From the sequence record DRR723986_5359: a stretch of 64,000 nucleotides of DNA; one strand, 5' to 3'. Both the position numbers and the translations under genes were made by a program. Of the stretch, positions 1 to 10,904 are shown piece after piece. Position 1 is the first letter of the stretch; every line of letters starts with the position of its first letter. The notes beneath the pieces were generated by a model. The model did no database searches, was not told the origin of the DNA, and was given only the letters and a program-made list of their open reading frames with translations.

Positions 1-40
1 CTTTTAAAGGCTGGCCGCCATGAATTTCAAATGCTCCCAT
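1..40 (-). CDS. murA: UDP-N-acetylglucosamine 1-carboxyvinyltransferase, 5' end only (runs off window)
   Basis: Reverse complement from ATG at 40 reads MGAFEIHGGQPLK, a MurA-like N-terminus. DUF4290-murA adjacency is typical of Bacteroidota. Not in the ORF track. Confidence 0.7.
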   Translation of the reverse strand, partial: MGAFEIHGGQPLK

Positions 41-46
41 AATTGA

Positions 47-724
47 TTAGTATCTTTTGTTTCGGTTCTTATTGTTTCGGTTTTTATTATTCCGATTCTT
101 GTTGTTTCTATTCTTGTTCTGATTATTGCTTGACCCTCCGTTAGCTCGCAATATTTCATTCGTATTCGGTAAAAAAGAGGTGTCAGTAAGTTTAATCTGC
201 CCATCTGACAATTTAGTTAAATGAGCAAGGATCACTTCATCTTCTACAGAACTTGAATTGAAGGTAAGGTGGAATCTTTTCATCAATGCCCCACAGTGCT
301 TTTCTAAAGCTGTACGCTCTTCACCTGGCTCCATTTCGCAGGCTTTGGCTATTAGTTCCTGAACTGTTTTACCGTAGTGACCAACTTTTATTTTAGTTTG
401 CGGATAAGCAACACGATCTGGCTTAGCAGCTAATTTGGCTGGTTCAGGTAATGGATAAGGCGAATCAACATCTAATTGAAAATCAGACATGATGAATAAA
501 TGTGTCCATAATTTGGGCTTGTATTCTTCAACATCTCTTAAATGTGGATTTAACTCTCCCATCACTTTGATGATGGCTTTTGCCACTTTATTTCTTTCTT
601 CCTTGTCCGGAAGAGATATGGCGTGATCCACCATTTTTTGAACGTTTCTTCCATATTCTGGAATCAACATTTTTGATCTTTCTGTGTTATATTCTAATGC
701 GCTTTGATCTTGCATAGGTTTCAA
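47..724 (-). CDS. DUF4290 domain protein (start possibly ATG 715)
   Basis: LEYNTER..IPEYGRNVQKMV and KLWTHLFIMSDFQLDVDSPYP motifs; low-complexity N/K/R tail. Confidence 0.85.
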   Translation of the reverse strand: MKPMQDQSALEYNTERSKMLIPEYGRNVQKMVDHAISLPDKEERNKVAKAIIKVMGELNPHLRDVEEYKPKLWTHLFIMSDFQLDVDSPYPLPEPAKLAAKPDRVAYPQTKIKVGHYGKTVQELIAKACEMEPGEERTALEKHCGALMKRFHLTFNSSSVEDEVILAHLTKLSDGQIKLTDTSFLPNTNEILRANGGSSNNQNKNRNNKNRNNKNRNNKNRNKRY

Positions 725-796
725 AAATAAGGTTTTGCTGAATTGAATTTCCAGCGGAATAATCTGGTTATAAAGAGCCAGATGTGAATTTAAAAT

Positions 797-2896
797 TTAC
801 TTGATTTGTTCTAGAGCTTCTTCAACTGTTGACACAGGCATTCTGCAACTGTGGTTTACACAAACAAATATAGTGGTTTCATCTAAAAACTTGCCTTCTA
901 ATAAAGGTAGTTTTCCAGATTTACCTCCCATAAGTAATTTATTAGGGATATAATGTTGATTGATTTGTTGAGTTTTTTCTTTCCACTGATCACCAGTAAT
1001 GGCAATTTCGTAATAAGGCGCCACCATTTTCATTAACAAAATTCCCCAGTTGGAATAACCCGACCCGTACTCTTGAATTTTATCATAGACGTTTGACATC
1101 ATCTGCTTAGCGTGGTTTTGATACAAGGTGTCGTCTAGGTAAACTCCCAATGACCATAGGTTATTTGCCATGACTGAATTACTTGCAGGAATCACATTGT
1201 CTGAAAGTTCCATTTTACGTGCCACTAAATCATGATTGAGATTAGAACTGAAGAAATACATGCCCGAATTTTTATCCTCAAAGTGTTCATTGGTATAGTC
1301 AATTAAATCTTTGGCTTTAGCCAGATATTCCTCTTCAAAAGTAACTTCGTAAAGTTTTACGTACATCTGGATTGCGAAAGCGTAATCTTCTAAAAATCCG
1401 TCAATTTTGCTTTTACCATTTTTAAAAGTACGATACAAACTGCCATCTTTTTTGCATTGGTTTTTTTCAAACCACTTTACATTTTTCATGGCAACATCTA
1501 TAAATGTTGAGTTGTCAAAAGCTTGATAAGCATCCAAATATCCAACGGTCATCATACAGTTCCACGCCGTTAAGCTTTTATCATCTAAACCTGGACGAAC
1601 GCGATCAGCTCTTTTAGAAAGCAATTTTTCATTAATGGAAATCATTTTCATCCTCAATTCAGGAACACTCATTTCAAATTCATCTGCAATAGCCGCGTCA
1701 CTTTCATTTCTCAATAAGATATAATTGCCTTCCCATTCGCCTTTTGTATTCACGTTATAATAGGCTTTAGCTAAATCGTAGTCTGTTCCAAGGGCTAATT
1801 TTAACTCATCTTTTGTCCAAACATAAAACTTGCCTTCTTCACCTTCTGAGTCGGCATCTAAAGCTGAGTAAAAAGAACCTTCTTCAGTAGTCATTTCACG
1901 CTCAACCCAAGCCAATGTTTGGTAAACAACTTGTTTGTATAGGCCATTTTTAGTGCGTTGATAAGCATGAGAATAGAGGCTCACCAACTGCGCATTATCA
2001 TAAAGCATTTTTTCAAAGTGAGGCACCTTCCATTCGGCATCAGTTGAATAACGAGCAAACCCGCCCCCAACTTGATCATAAATTCCGCCAAAAGCCATTT
2101 TTTCAAGCGTTAAATCAACGTGTTTCATGGTTGATTCATCTTTATATAAATGGGCGTAATGCATTAAAAAGTCATAATTGTTTGGCAAAGGAAATTTAGG
2201 CGCTCTATTTGGCCCACCTCTAAAATTGTCAAAGCTCACAGACCATTGACCGACCATTTCGGCTAAACGATCAGCTGAAAATTGTTTTTGCTCTTCTTTC
2301 ACCGAAATTATCTCTGAAGATTCAATACCTGAAGTTAAATTGGCTGCATATTCAAGTACTTTTTCACGATCATTTTCGTAAGCAGAATTCAATTGTTGTA
2401 AAACATCTACCCATTTATTTTTTGGGAAATAAGTCCCTCCAAAAATTGGACGACCATCTGGCAAAGTGATACAATTGAGTGGCCAACCTCCTTGTCCTGT
2501 CATCAGTTGAACAGCATTCATGTATACCTGGTCAACATCTGGTCGTTCTTCACGGTCAACTTTAATACAAACAAAATTGTCGTTCATCACTTTGGCCACC
2601 GCTTCGTTCTCAAAACTTTCATGTTCCATTACATGACACCAGTGGCAAGAACTGTAACCGATACTGACCAATACCAACTTGTCTTCTTTCTTCGCTTTTT
2701 CAAAGGCCTCATCACCCCAAGGCATCCAATCTACAGGATTATGAGCGTGTTGTAAAAGATAAGGACTGTCTTCATGAATTAATGCATTGGTATATGGATG
2801 TTCTGAACTCACTTGGTCGGTGTTTTTTTGACTGTTTCCGCAAGAGCAACTAACAATGGTCAACAGAAAGGTTAAAATTTGAATTTTTGCGTTCAT
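797..2896 (-). CDS. YyaL/SSP411-family thioredoxin + six-hairpin domain protein, probable lipoprotein
   Basis: [47 protein letters not shown]-terminal signal ending in Cys. Confidence 0.9.
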   Translation of the reverse strand: MNAKIQILTFLLTIVSCSCGNSQKNTDQVSSEHPYTNALIHEDSPYLLQHAHNPVDWMPWGDEAFEKAKKEDKLVLVSIGYSSCHWCHVMEHESFENEAVAKVMNDNFVCIKVDREERPDVDQVYMNAVQLMTGQGGWPLNCITLPDGRPIFGGTYFPKNKWVDVLQQLNSAYENDREKVLEYAANLTSGIESSEIISVKEEQKQFSADRLAEMVGQWSVSFDNFRGGPNRAPKFPLPNNYDFLMHYAHLYKDESTMKHVDLTLEKMAFGGIYDQVGGGFARYSTDAEWKVPHFEKMLYDNAQLVSLYSHAYQRTKNGLYKQVVYQTLAWVEREMTTEEGSFYSALDADSEGEEGKFYVWTKDELKLALGTDYDLAKAYYNVNTKGEWEGNYILLRNESDAAIADEFEMSVPELRMKMISINEKLLSKRADRVRPGLDDKSLTAWNCMMTVGYLDAYQAFDNSTFIDVAMKNVKWFEKNQCKKDGSLYRTFKNGKSKIDGFLEDYAFAIQMYVKLYEVTFEEEYLAKAKDLIDYTNEHFEDKNSGMYFFSSNLNHDLVARKMELSDNVIPASNSVMANNLWSLGVYLDDTLYQNHAKQMMSNVYDKIQEYGSGYSNWGILLMKMVAPYYEIAITGDQWKEKTQQINQHYIPNKLLMGGKSGKLPLLEGKFLDETTIFVCVNHSCRMPVSTVEEALEQIK

Positions 2897-2979
2897 AAGC
2901 TGAATTGAGGCTTTGATGTATTTGCCTAGATTCTTTTGAGTAAATATAGCTATCTTTCAGGCATTAAACCTTACAAAGA

Positions 2980-5900
2980 ATGAAAAACGCCCTTTTAGTT
3001 TGTCTAGTTTCAATTAGCTTTTCACTGTCAGCTCAAGATTATTTTCAACAAGAAGTAAACTATAAAATTGATGTGACCCTTAATGATAAGGATAACACCT
3101 TATCAGCTTACGAAGAGTTTGAATACATCAATAATTCAAGTACGGCAATGGATAAAATTTATATCCATATTTGGCCAAACGCATATAAAAATACAAAAAC
3201 GGCTTTAGCATATCAGCTGGTTGATATGGGAAATACCTCTTTGCAATTTGCTGAAGAAGTAGATAAGGGTTGGATTGATTCTTTGGCTTTTCAAATTGAT
3301 GGAATTGATGCCAAGTGGGAGTATCATCCTGAGCACATTGACATAGTCATCTTACATCTAAATTCAGTGCTAAAACCAGGCGGAAAAATCAAAGTTTCAA
3401 CTCCGTTTAAAGTAAAAATCCCTAATGGTGATATCTCGAGATTAGGGCATGTTGGTGAATCGTATCAGATTACGCAATGGTATCCAAAACCAGCAGTTTT
3501 TGATAAAAATGGGTGGCACGAAATGCCTTATTTGACACAAGGTGAATTTTATTCAGAATACGGTTCTTTTGATGTTTCTATCACCTTACCAAAAAACTAT
3601 GTAGTGGGAGCAACTGGTGATTTACAAACGGAATCTGAACTGACCTTTTTAACTGAGAAAGCAGCAGCAACTCAAGAGAAAATTGACAATGATGGCTTTA
3701 CACCGAGTAAAAAAATTGGAGGCACAGGACCTGTGACTGATTTTCCGGATTCTGATGAAGAAATGAAAACAATACGATACACGCAAGATAATATCCACGA
3801 TTTTGCTTGGTTCGCGGACAAACGATTTGAGGTGCTAAAGGGCGAAGTTGAATTGCCTCATTCTAAAAGAAAAGTAACCACATGGGCCATGTTTGTTCCT
3901 TATCATCACTCAACTTGGCAATATGCTGGGGAATATTTGCATGATGGAATTTATTACTATTCTAAATGGAACGGGGATTATCCTTACAACAATGTTACCG
4001 CTGTTGACGGAACGATATCTGCCGGAGGAGGAATGGAATACCCGAATGTAACGGTGATTGGAAACGCACGATCAAAAGAGCAACTTGAGGTGGTTATTGT
4101 TCATGAGGTGGGTCACAACTGGTTTTATGGTCAATTGGGATCTAATGAAAGAGATCACGCATGGATGGATGAAGGGCTGAACACTTTAAACGAGGTGCGT
4201 TATATCCAAACGAAATATCCGAAAAATACGAGATTGTCTGATATGATGATGGGCTTCGCGGATAAAGTGCATTTAGAGCATTTGTCGCATCACGATATGA
4301 ATGACATTACTTATAATTTGTCGGCTGGATATGGAGTTGATCAACCCATTGAATTGCATTCTGCCGATTATTCACAAGTAAATTACGGTGCGATTGTTTA
4401 TGCAAAAACAGGATTGGTCTTCACCTATTTAAAAGATTATTTAGGAGATGAAGTGTTTGACAAAGCCATGAGCGACTATTATGCAGAATGGGAATTCAAA
4501 CATCCCCAACCAGAGGATTTGCAGGAATCTTTAGAAAAATCAACTGGCAAGGATTTGAATTGGTTCTTTACTGATGTGATTCAAACCACTAAGCATATCG
4601 ATTACAAAATCAGCAAAGTCAAAAAGACAGACAAAGGATTTCAAGTTTCCGTTAAAAATGTGGGACAAATTGAATGTCCGGTTCGAGTTGATGCCTTTAG
4701 ATTTGGGAAATTAAGTGAAAGTAAATGGGTAGAGCCAGGTTCAGATGGAACAGTAGAGTTTGATGGAACCACATTAGATCAATTCGTGATTGATGATGCC
4801 AAACAAATGCCAGACTTGAATAGAAACAACAATTATTGGTCGGCAAAAGGACTGTTTAAAAGAACGGAGCCGTTTAGAATGGAGTTTTTATTGGGAGATA
4901 ATGAAGGTGATAAATTCAACTCTTTTTGGACACCGATTTTAGGAGGGAATAAATACGACAAATTCATGTTAGGGTTTATGTTTCACAACCAGACTATTCC
5001 TAAAAACAAGTTCGAATATACCATTGCACCAATGTTTTCATTTGGCAGAAAAAATATTGCGGGATTCGCGGATTTCAATTATGCTTGGAGACCACATAAA
5101 AACTTTAGGATGATCACTTTGGGTGTGACAGGTAAAACCTTTGGGAACGGCTTAGGTTTTCCGCCAGATTCAACGGCAAGACCTTTGGGAACTTATTATG
5201 TGGCTCAGCCTTATTTAGAATTTTTAATCGGGAAGCCTGCAGCAAAAAAGTATTATAAGCAACGCCTAAGACTGCAAGGAGCCTATGCAGTCGAATTGGG
5301 GAATTTGTATACAGCCAATAATATGGGAGGATATGCAGAATACGTTTTCAATTTCAACAAAAGAAGAAATCAATTCATAGCAACTGTTCGGGCAGATTAT
5401 TACAATTTCAATGAAGAAACTGGAGCAACTGCTGTTTCAGCCGGCCAAGTGCTCAACGGAAGTGTGACCTTAGATTACAAGTTCACCTATTGGCCAAAAA
5501 AGAAAAAACAAATTGAATTGCGTGTACATTACGGGCAAAATCTGATGGCAACGGGTAATCAAAATATGCGATACGCTATGTCCCTTGGTGGTCAGTCAGG
5601 TACACAAGACGCACTTTACGAGCATTGGATGATGGGAAGAAATGAAACCTCTGGTTTCTACGCAAATCAACGAATTGAAAATCAAGGAGGGTTTAAAACA
5701 ACCTCTGCATACGGAACTTCACGGAGTATGATTTTTGGTTCGAATTTAATCTTCCAAATTCCTTATGTGCCATTTGTGCTCTATGGTGATTTCGGAATGT
5801 TTGACAATGCAGGAACCATTGAAACGGTTTATGATGCTGGAGCTGGAATTCGATTCGGTTCAGCTTTTGGGGTGTATTTCCCAATTGTTGAATCACAAAA

Positions 5901-6006
5901 TATGGTCAATGCTTACCCAGCAGGAATTAACTACTGGAATAAGATAAGATTCACATTGAACATGAACGGATTTAAACCTGCTAAACTTATTCAGAGTTCG
6001 TTGTAG
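2980..6006 (+). CDS. M1-family zinc metallopeptidase with C-terminal beta-rich (barrel-like) extension
   Basis: GGMEYP motif, HEVGH...WMDEG zinc motif, signal peptide. Confidence 0.88.
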   Translation: MKNALLVCLVSISFSLSAQDYFQQEVNYKIDVTLNDKDNTLSAYEEFEYINNSSTAMDKIYIHIWPNAYKNTKTALAYQLVDMGNTSLQFAEEVDKGWIDSLAFQIDGIDAKWEYHPEHIDIVILHLNSVLKPGGKIKVSTPFKVKIPNGDISRLGHVGESYQITQWYPKPAVFDKNGWHEMPYLTQGEFYSEYGSFDVSITLPKNYVVGATGDLQTESELTFLTEKAAATQEKIDNDGFTPSKKIGGTGPVTDFPDSDEEMKTIRYTQDNIHDFAWFADKRFEVLKGEVELPHSKRKVTTWAMFVPYHHSTWQYAGEYLHDGIYYYSKWNGDYPYNNVTAVDGTISAGGGMEYPNVTVIGNARSKEQLEVVIVHEVGHNWFYGQLGSNERDHAWMDEGLNTLNEVRYIQTKYPKNTRLSDMMMGFADKVHLEHLSHHDMNDITYNLSAGYGVDQPIELHSADYSQVNYGAIVYAKTGLVFTYLKDYLGDEVFDKAMSDYYAEWEFKHPQPEDLQESLEKSTGKDLNWFFTDVIQTTKHIDYKISKVKKTDKGFQVSVKNVGQIECPVRVDAFRFGKLSESKWVEPGSDGTVEFDGTTLDQFVIDDAKQMPDLNRNNNYWSAKGLFKRTEPFRMEFLLGDNEGDKFNSFWTPILGGNKYDKFMLGFMFHNQTIPKNKFEYTIAPMFSFGRKNIAGFADFNYAWRPHKNFRMITLGVTGKTFGNGLGFPPDSTARPLGTYYVAQPYLEFLIGKPAAKKYYKQRLRLQGAYAVELGNLYTANNMGGYAEYVFNFNKRRNQFIATVRADYYNFNEETGATAVSAGQVLNGSVTLDYKFTYWPKKKKQIELRVHYGQNLMATGNQNMRYAMSLGGQSGTQDALYEHWMMGRNETSGFYANQRIENQGGFKTTSAYGTSRSMIFGSNLIFQIPYVPFVLYGDFGMFDNAGTIETVYDAGAGIRFGSAFGVYFPIVESQNMVNAYPAGINYWNKIRFTLNMNGFKPAKLIQSSL

Positions 6007-6023
6007 GGAGTTTAGTATTTAAA

Positions 6024-6602
6024 ATGCCTTTCGTTAGCAACGCTGGAACAAGTGAATTGGATTCCCCTTTTTTCATTCAAAACTCTGAAATTTGTCAGCG
6101 ATTTGACGATTTTATTGTGTCATTTGGTGGCGAAACCCGGGGGAAGTATAATGCTTTTTCTTATTCCGGAGTTGGAAAGATTCCCCACCCTAATAAATGG
6201 GAGTTTAGAATAGCGAAAGCATCATTTACTTCTGGTGACCTGATTCTTTCTTCGAAATATCAGAGTTTACAACATGCAACTTTGTGGATTGCAAGAAACC
6301 TGGATAAAAATATTCAAGAATTTATTATTAGAAGAATGAAATGGTATGAAGTTTTGTTTCTTCGATTCCAAAAAAAATCTCATCAATTTGGGGTTAGTAA
6401 ATATGTTTTGACGTCATCCATAGCTCAAAGCGATTTACTCGATAATCTCAAAACTATTTTGCATAATTTATTTGAAAAAGATGAGATTTGGGAGATTACC
6501 TTCAAAGAATCAACTCTAAAAATTGAATCAAGAAGTGAATTCCTGAACACTGAAATTATGGAAAAGTTGATAAAGAGCGATTTGACAAAACCGATTGATT
6601 GA
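6024..6602 (+). CDS. hypothetical protein
   Basis: 192-aa ORF filling the gap; no recognised motif. Confidence 0.6.
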   Translation: MPFVSNAGTSELDSPFFIQNSEICQRFDDFIVSFGGETRGKYNAFSYSGVGKIPHPNKWEFRIAKASFTSGDLILSSKYQSLQHATLWIARNLDKNIQEFIIRRMKWYEVLFLRFQKKSHQFGVSKYVLTSSIAQSDLLDNLKTILHNLFEKDEIWEITFKESTLKIESRSEFLNTEIMEKLIKSDLTKPID

Positions 6603-6620
6603 GAAATACTCGAAATGTGA

Positions 6621-7202
6621 CTATCTCATTTTCTTAGGCGCCTTCTTTCCTTTATTCATTTGAGCCATTCGCAGTTGATTGGCTGAAGTAGTTCTACCCA
6701 TTTGCTTTTTCAAGCCTTTAATGTATTCGGTCATCAAACCTTTAGAGTCTAATTTTTTGGCTTCATTCAACAAAGTTTCAGCTTCTCTTCTTCTGCCCGT
6801 TTGCATACATACAGCCGCAATGTTAATTTTGGCCATGGCTTGATCATGATCTCTTTTCAAACCAATCCCCAAAGCTTTTCTCAACATGGCTTCAGTTTGA
6901 GACATTTTAGAACTTTCTTGGCTAGCCAAAGCAAGTAAATAAAAGTAATATGCTCTTTGTCCTTTAAACAGGTATTGAGGTTGTCTAATTCTACCCAAAT
7001 ATTTTTGAGCTTTCTCAATATTTTGCTGACGCATTTGCAAAGCTGCCAATAGAATATTTTGATTTCTAAATACAAACAAGCTGAAAAACGCTGTTACGAA
7101 AATGAAGAAAATTCCCCAGCCCCATGATCCGGTTGCAAACAAGTAAACCGTGAAGCTTAAAGAGCCTAAAGAAAGTATAAGTTTTATTATTAATCCTATC
7201 AT
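6621..7202 (-). CDS. membrane protein with TPR-like helices
   Basis: Two N-terminal TM segments, then helical TPR-like repeats; resembles a conserved Bacteroidota family. Confidence 0.7.
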   Translation of the reverse strand: MIGLIIKLILSLGSLSFTVYLFATGSWGWGIFFIFVTAFFSLFVFRNQNILLAALQMRQQNIEKAQKYLGRIRQPQYLFKGQRAYYFYLLALASQESSKMSQTEAMLRKALGIGLKRDHDQAMAKINIAAVCMQTGRRREAETLLNEAKKLDSKGLMTEYIKGLKKQMGRTTSANQLRMAQMNKGKKAPKKMR

Positions 7203-7211
7203 TGTTTAATC

Positions 7212-7640
7212 TTAATCAATTGTTGCAATACATTTTAATTCTATAGCTATTGGTGTAGGCAATGAGTTGATTTCAACTGTTGTTCTACACGGCTGATTGT
7301 CTTTAAAATATTCAGCATAAACTTTATTGTAGACATGAAAGTCTCTTTTCATGTTCACCAAAAATACCGTAACATCAACTAGTTTGTCCCATGATGATCC
7401 TGAAGCTTCTAACACGGCATTCACGTTATCAAAAACAGATCTGCATTGCGCTTCAAAATCAAAGGCTTTAAAATTGCCGTTGTGATCTAATTCTAAACCG
7501 GGTACGGCAGAATCGTTAGCATTTGAACCTGCTACTCTTGGTCCAACTCCAGACAAAAACAATAGGTTACCAACTTTTCTAGCATGAGGATAAAGTCCTA
7601 CTGGTTTTGGAGCATTTTCAGCACTAATTTTATCAGACAT
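7212..7640 (-). CDS. RidA family protein, 2-aminomuconate deaminase-like
   Basis: PVGLYPHARKVGNLLFLSG and PCRTTVEINSLPTPIAIELK; kynurenine genes nearby. Confidence 0.8.
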   Translation of the reverse strand: MSDKISAENAPKPVGLYPHARKVGNLLFLSGVGPRVAGSNANDSAVPGLELDHNGNFKAFDFEAQCRSVFDNVNAVLEASGSSWDKLVDVTVFLVNMKRDFHVYNKVYAEYFKDNQPCRTTVEINSLPTPIAIELKCIATID

Positions 7641-7655
7641 AGCTCAATTTTTGTG

Positions 7656-7714
7656 CAAATATAATCAAATGCTTGGCTAATTGCAGAACAAGAAATCGTA
7701 TTTCCCTATATTTG
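7656..7714. promoter_or_regulatory. divergent Bacteroidota -7 promoter boxes (TATATTTG on - at 7656-7663 and on + at 7707-7714)
   Basis: Both match the TAnnTTTG consensus and point at the flanking genes. Confidence 0.6.
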
Positions 7715-7719
7715 CTGCC

Positions 7720-8157
7720 ATGCGTAAACATCATTTCATTATCGCCGGACTTGCTTTTTTGATGTGCTTAATCTCCATGTATTTCGGGATGCGCATCTAT
7801 AATGCCAACGAGAATCATTTAATCACTGAATTGAATGAAATGGATAAAATCAAGTTTGATGATATTCGAAAGGTTCCAATGTTGTCTTTATCAGCAGCTA
7901 TTTTCACAGCTCCCATGATATTACTTATGCTCGTTTTTGAAATTATTGTTTTGAAAAAAGTGATTCACCGTCAAGCTAAGAATATCTGTATTGCTATGAT
8001 TGTGACCATCTGTGTCATATTGATCTTTGATGTTTTGATTCTGACCAATCCGCTTTATTTTGATTTTAGCAAATGGGGATTCATTTGGATTTGCTTAGGA
8101 TTAATTTTAGTTGCCGCAAACATCCTCTCTTATGTTCTCCGATCAGGAGAAAAATAG
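7720..8157 (+). CDS. four-TM membrane protein (start ATG 7720)
   Basis: Hydrophobic helices; the -7 box at 7707 lies inside the ORF-track extension, which favours ATG 7720. Confidence 0.7.
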   Translation: MRKHHFIIAGLAFLMCLISMYFGMRIYNANENHLITELNEMDKIKFDDIRKVPMLSLSAAIFTAPMILLMLVFEIIVLKKVIHRQAKNICIAMIVTICVILIFDVLILTNPLYFDFSKWGFIWICLGLILVAANILSYVLRSGEK

Positions 8158-8246
8158 TCTTTTTATATTTTTTTTACCGAAGCACGTTAACAAAAAATTA
8201 ACTTTTTTGTTCGTCTAATGCATTGAAAATCATCACTATATAATTT

Positions 8247-8262
8247 TGGCACATCACTTGCA
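8247..8262 (+). promoter_or_regulatory. sigma54-type -24/-12 promoter of tonB
   Basis: TGGCAC-ATCAC-TTGCA is a perfect consensus match, 36 nt before the ATG. Confidence 0.6.
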
Positions 8263-8298
8263 TAAGTTCATGCAGATTGTTTAACTAAAATTTATATT

Positions 8299-9000
8299 AT
8301 GATCGCAAAAAAAAATAAGAAGGCCAATTTAGAAAGAAAACGATTCGCCTTTTTTCAAATCGGATTACTAGTAGCAGGATCTCTAGTATTAGCAGCTTTT
8401 GAATATTCAACGGTTGCTGTTGATGGTAAACAAGTCACTTATTTAGATGCTGAGACGCCAACTTTTGATCCAAATGATGTTCAACTGGATGACTTTAAAA
8501 TTCCAGAAGAAAAAAAGAAGCAACCACCGGTAGTGAATCCAGAGCACGTTGATTCTTTTGTTGTGAGAGATTTCATTCCTGAGCAAGGAGATGTGAAATT
8601 CGATAACAAAGGAAAAATAACAATTGATGATGATTTTGGTGATATCTATGGTGACATTGGAATGGGGATAGCAGAAGAAGATGGTGCCATTATTGAAGTG
8701 GCTGAAATAGATCCATCATTCGTTGGAGGAGAAGCAGCCATGATGAAGTGGATGCAGAATGAAATCGAATATCCACAGCTTTGCGCTGAAATGGGGATCG
8801 GTGGAACAGTTTACGTTCAATTCGTTGTCAACACTAACGGTTCAATTTGCCAAGTTAAAAACGTCAGCAATGAACATGAGGATTTGACGGCTGAAGCTAT
8901 GAGAGTGGTGCGTAAAATGCCAAAGTGGATTCCTGGTGAACAAGCAGGTAAAAAAGTAAGAGTGAGATATACGATTCCAATTAAATTTGAATCTCACTAA
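8299..9000 (+). CDS. tonB: energy transducer TonB
   Basis: KK..ANLE N-terminus plus TM anchor; C-terminal YP...GTVYVQFVV...PKWIPG..GKKVRVRYTIPIKF. Confidence 0.9.
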   Translation: MIAKKNKKANLERKRFAFFQIGLLVAGSLVLAAFEYSTVAVDGKQVTYLDAETPTFDPNDVQLDDFKIPEEKKKQPPVVNPEHVDSFVVRDFIPEQGDVKFDNKGKITIDDDFGDIYGDIGMGIAEEDGAIIEVAEIDPSFVGGEAAMMKWMQNEIEYPQLCAEMGIGGTVYVQFVVNTNGSICQVKNVSNEHEDLTAEAMRVVRKMPKWIPGEQAGKKVRVRYTIPIKFESH

Positions 9001-9027
9001 AATTAATTAACAAAGAAACAATCTATT

Positions 9028-9056
9028 TCCCTCTGGCTTCGTCAGGGGGATTTTTT
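9028..9056 (+). terminator. intrinsic terminator after tonB
   Basis: TCCCTCTGGC-TTC-GTCAGGGGGA hairpin followed by T6. Confidence 0.75.
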
Positions 9057-10020
9057 ATGGAATCAATCCAAACTGTTTACCAATCCAATAACTAGAAAAA
9101 TAGTTCTTATCCTCTGCAAAAACACCTTTACCTCCTCCTTGATCAATGTCGCTTCCAGGATCAACCAATAGAGCATGGCCCATGTTGTCTACTTCAATTG
9201 ATACGATTCTTTCGTTTTGCATGTCGTCTAAATAAGCGATTCTAGTGATATCCGTTTCTGGATTTGTGGATACATTATTATCGAGTGAAATTCCAAGGAC
9301 ATTTGACCATTGTTCAATAATCTCGTTGCTGTTTTTGAAATCTACCACCAAATCTTTTTTTCCATGAAAAACCATTAAGTTGGGGTATTCGCCAGTGTAA
9401 CTAGGATTTTCTTCCCTTACCAAGTCTCCCCATTCTTGAGGAGTTTTATCAATTTTACCAGCCAATGCATTGTAAGAATCTTTCAATTTTCCGGCAGATT
9501 TGAAAGGTCCTCCAGACAATACTGCGGCGCCGTCAAAAAGTTCTGGATAATCTGCTATCATGATCATGCTCATTGCCGCCCCGGCAGATAAACCGGTAAT
9601 ATAGGTTCGAGTAGGATCCGTACTGAATTTGTCCTGAACACTGATGATCATATTTTTAATGGATTCATTTTCACCACTGTTTTTAGTATAATCTTTTTCT
9701 AAAAACCAGTTAAAACATCTTGATCCATTGTTGCTGGTTTTTTGCTCAGGATATAAAACATAGAATCCATAAATATCAGCTAATTTGTTCCAATCTGTGA
9801 GTTCGGCGGCTTCTCGTGCTTTTTGATTACAACCGTGGAGTACGACCATCAGTGGCATGTTACTGGTGGCATTATCAGGGACGTGATAATAGCAACGCAA
9901 TTTGCCTGGATTATCACCAAAATCAGTATACTTTTCTAAGCCCGCTTTGATGTTTTTCTTTTGGCATCCTAACAAAAAGATGCTTAGAGCCATTAAACAT
10001 ATTAATCTTTTCGGTCGCAA
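9055..10020 (-). CDS. PHB depolymerase-family esterase, lipoprotein
   Basis: LHGC, CFNWF, GLSAG nucleophile, GMGH-like (NMGH) His; lipobox LLGC. Confidence 0.88.
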   Translation of the reverse strand: MRPKRLICLMALSIFLLGCQKKNIKAGLEKYTDFGDNPGKLRCYYHVPDNATSNMPLMVVLHGCNQKAREAAELTDWNKLADIYGFYVLYPEQKTSNNGSRCFNWFLEKDYTKNSGENESIKNMIISVQDKFSTDPTRTYITGLSAGAAMSMIMIADYPELFDGAAVLSGGPFKSAGKLKDSYNALAGKIDKTPQEWGDLVREENPSYTGEYPNLMVFHGKKDLVVDFKNSNEIIEQWSNVLGISLDNNVSTNPETDITRIAYLDDMQNERIVSIEVDNMGHALLVDPGSDIDQGGGKGVFAEDKNYFSSYWIGKQFGLIP

Positions 10021-10022
10021 GA

Positions 10023-10871
10023 TTATTGCATTTGGTACTGTTCAGATTGCTTCTTACCATTAGGGTCGGTAGGAACATTACATCCTTTTTTAGGAAATAA
10101 CCAAGCAAATTTAATTGTGAAAATTGCTGGCTGATATCTAGAGTTAAACCATTTATGACTTGGATTTAATCCGTTCCAATTGAATGCAGTTAATATTGGT
10201 GTTTGAATGGTAGGCACGATAAAAAATCCGTCACGAACTTTAAGTCCCCAACCAATTGAATAATTTAATTGTGCTACTAATTTACCTTGATTATCATAGC
10301 CAGCTGGCGGCGTATAATCAGCATCAGGTTTGCCTCCATAAATTCTATAATCAACATTTAGTCCAATAGATTGATCAATAAAATTCCACAGTGACAGTTG
10401 CGCAACGTTGTGAATAGCAGCCCTTAAAAAAACATTTCCAAAATTGAATTGTCCTCGAGTCGCGTTCCCTGAAGCGTCTTTCCATTTTTCTTGGCCACCA
10501 AAGTGTTTTACACCTAATCCCCAATCAAAATAATGAAAGATTTTACCTTGTTTTTTAAAGAGATGTTCTAAACCAGCTTCAAGGTAATAACCTGGTAATC
10601 CAGAAGGAGTTAATTTTGAAGCATCACTTTGATTTTGCGGTGAGTTCCCAAACATATAAGTAATGCCTGGATCAATATGCCACCCCAAAGGTCTGTAATG
10701 ACTGGCGTTCGGACTCCAGATGGCGTCACCCCAGTTTTTTTTATCTGAAAATTGATTGGTATTTTTTCGTTTATTCGCTTTTTTATCGAACTCGCCAGAA
10801 ATTTGCGCAGAGGCAATTCCAACACTAAAAAGGGTAAATAAAAAGAGAGCTGCTTTTTGCATAAAGCCCAA
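10023..10871 (-). CDS. hypothetical exported, probable outer-membrane beta-barrel protein
   Basis: Signal peptide and alternating aromatic beta-strands. Confidence 0.6.
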   Translation of the reverse strand: MGFMQKAALFLFTLFSVGIASAQISGEFDKKANKRKNTNQFSDKKNWGDAIWSPNASHYRPLGWHIDPGITYMFGNSPQNQSDASKLTPSGLPGYYLEAGLEHLFKKQGKIFHYFDWGLGVKHFGGQEKWKDASGNATRGQFNFGNVFLRAAIHNVAQLSLWNFIDQSIGLNVDYRIYGGKPDADYTPPAGYDNQGKLVAQLNYSIGWGLKVRDGFFIVPTIQTPILTAFNWNGLNPSHKWFNSRYQPAIFTIKFAWLFPKKGCNVPTDPNGKKQSEQYQMQ

Positions 10872-10904
10872 GGTTTGGTTTGTTGATGAGCAAGTTACGA
10901 AATT

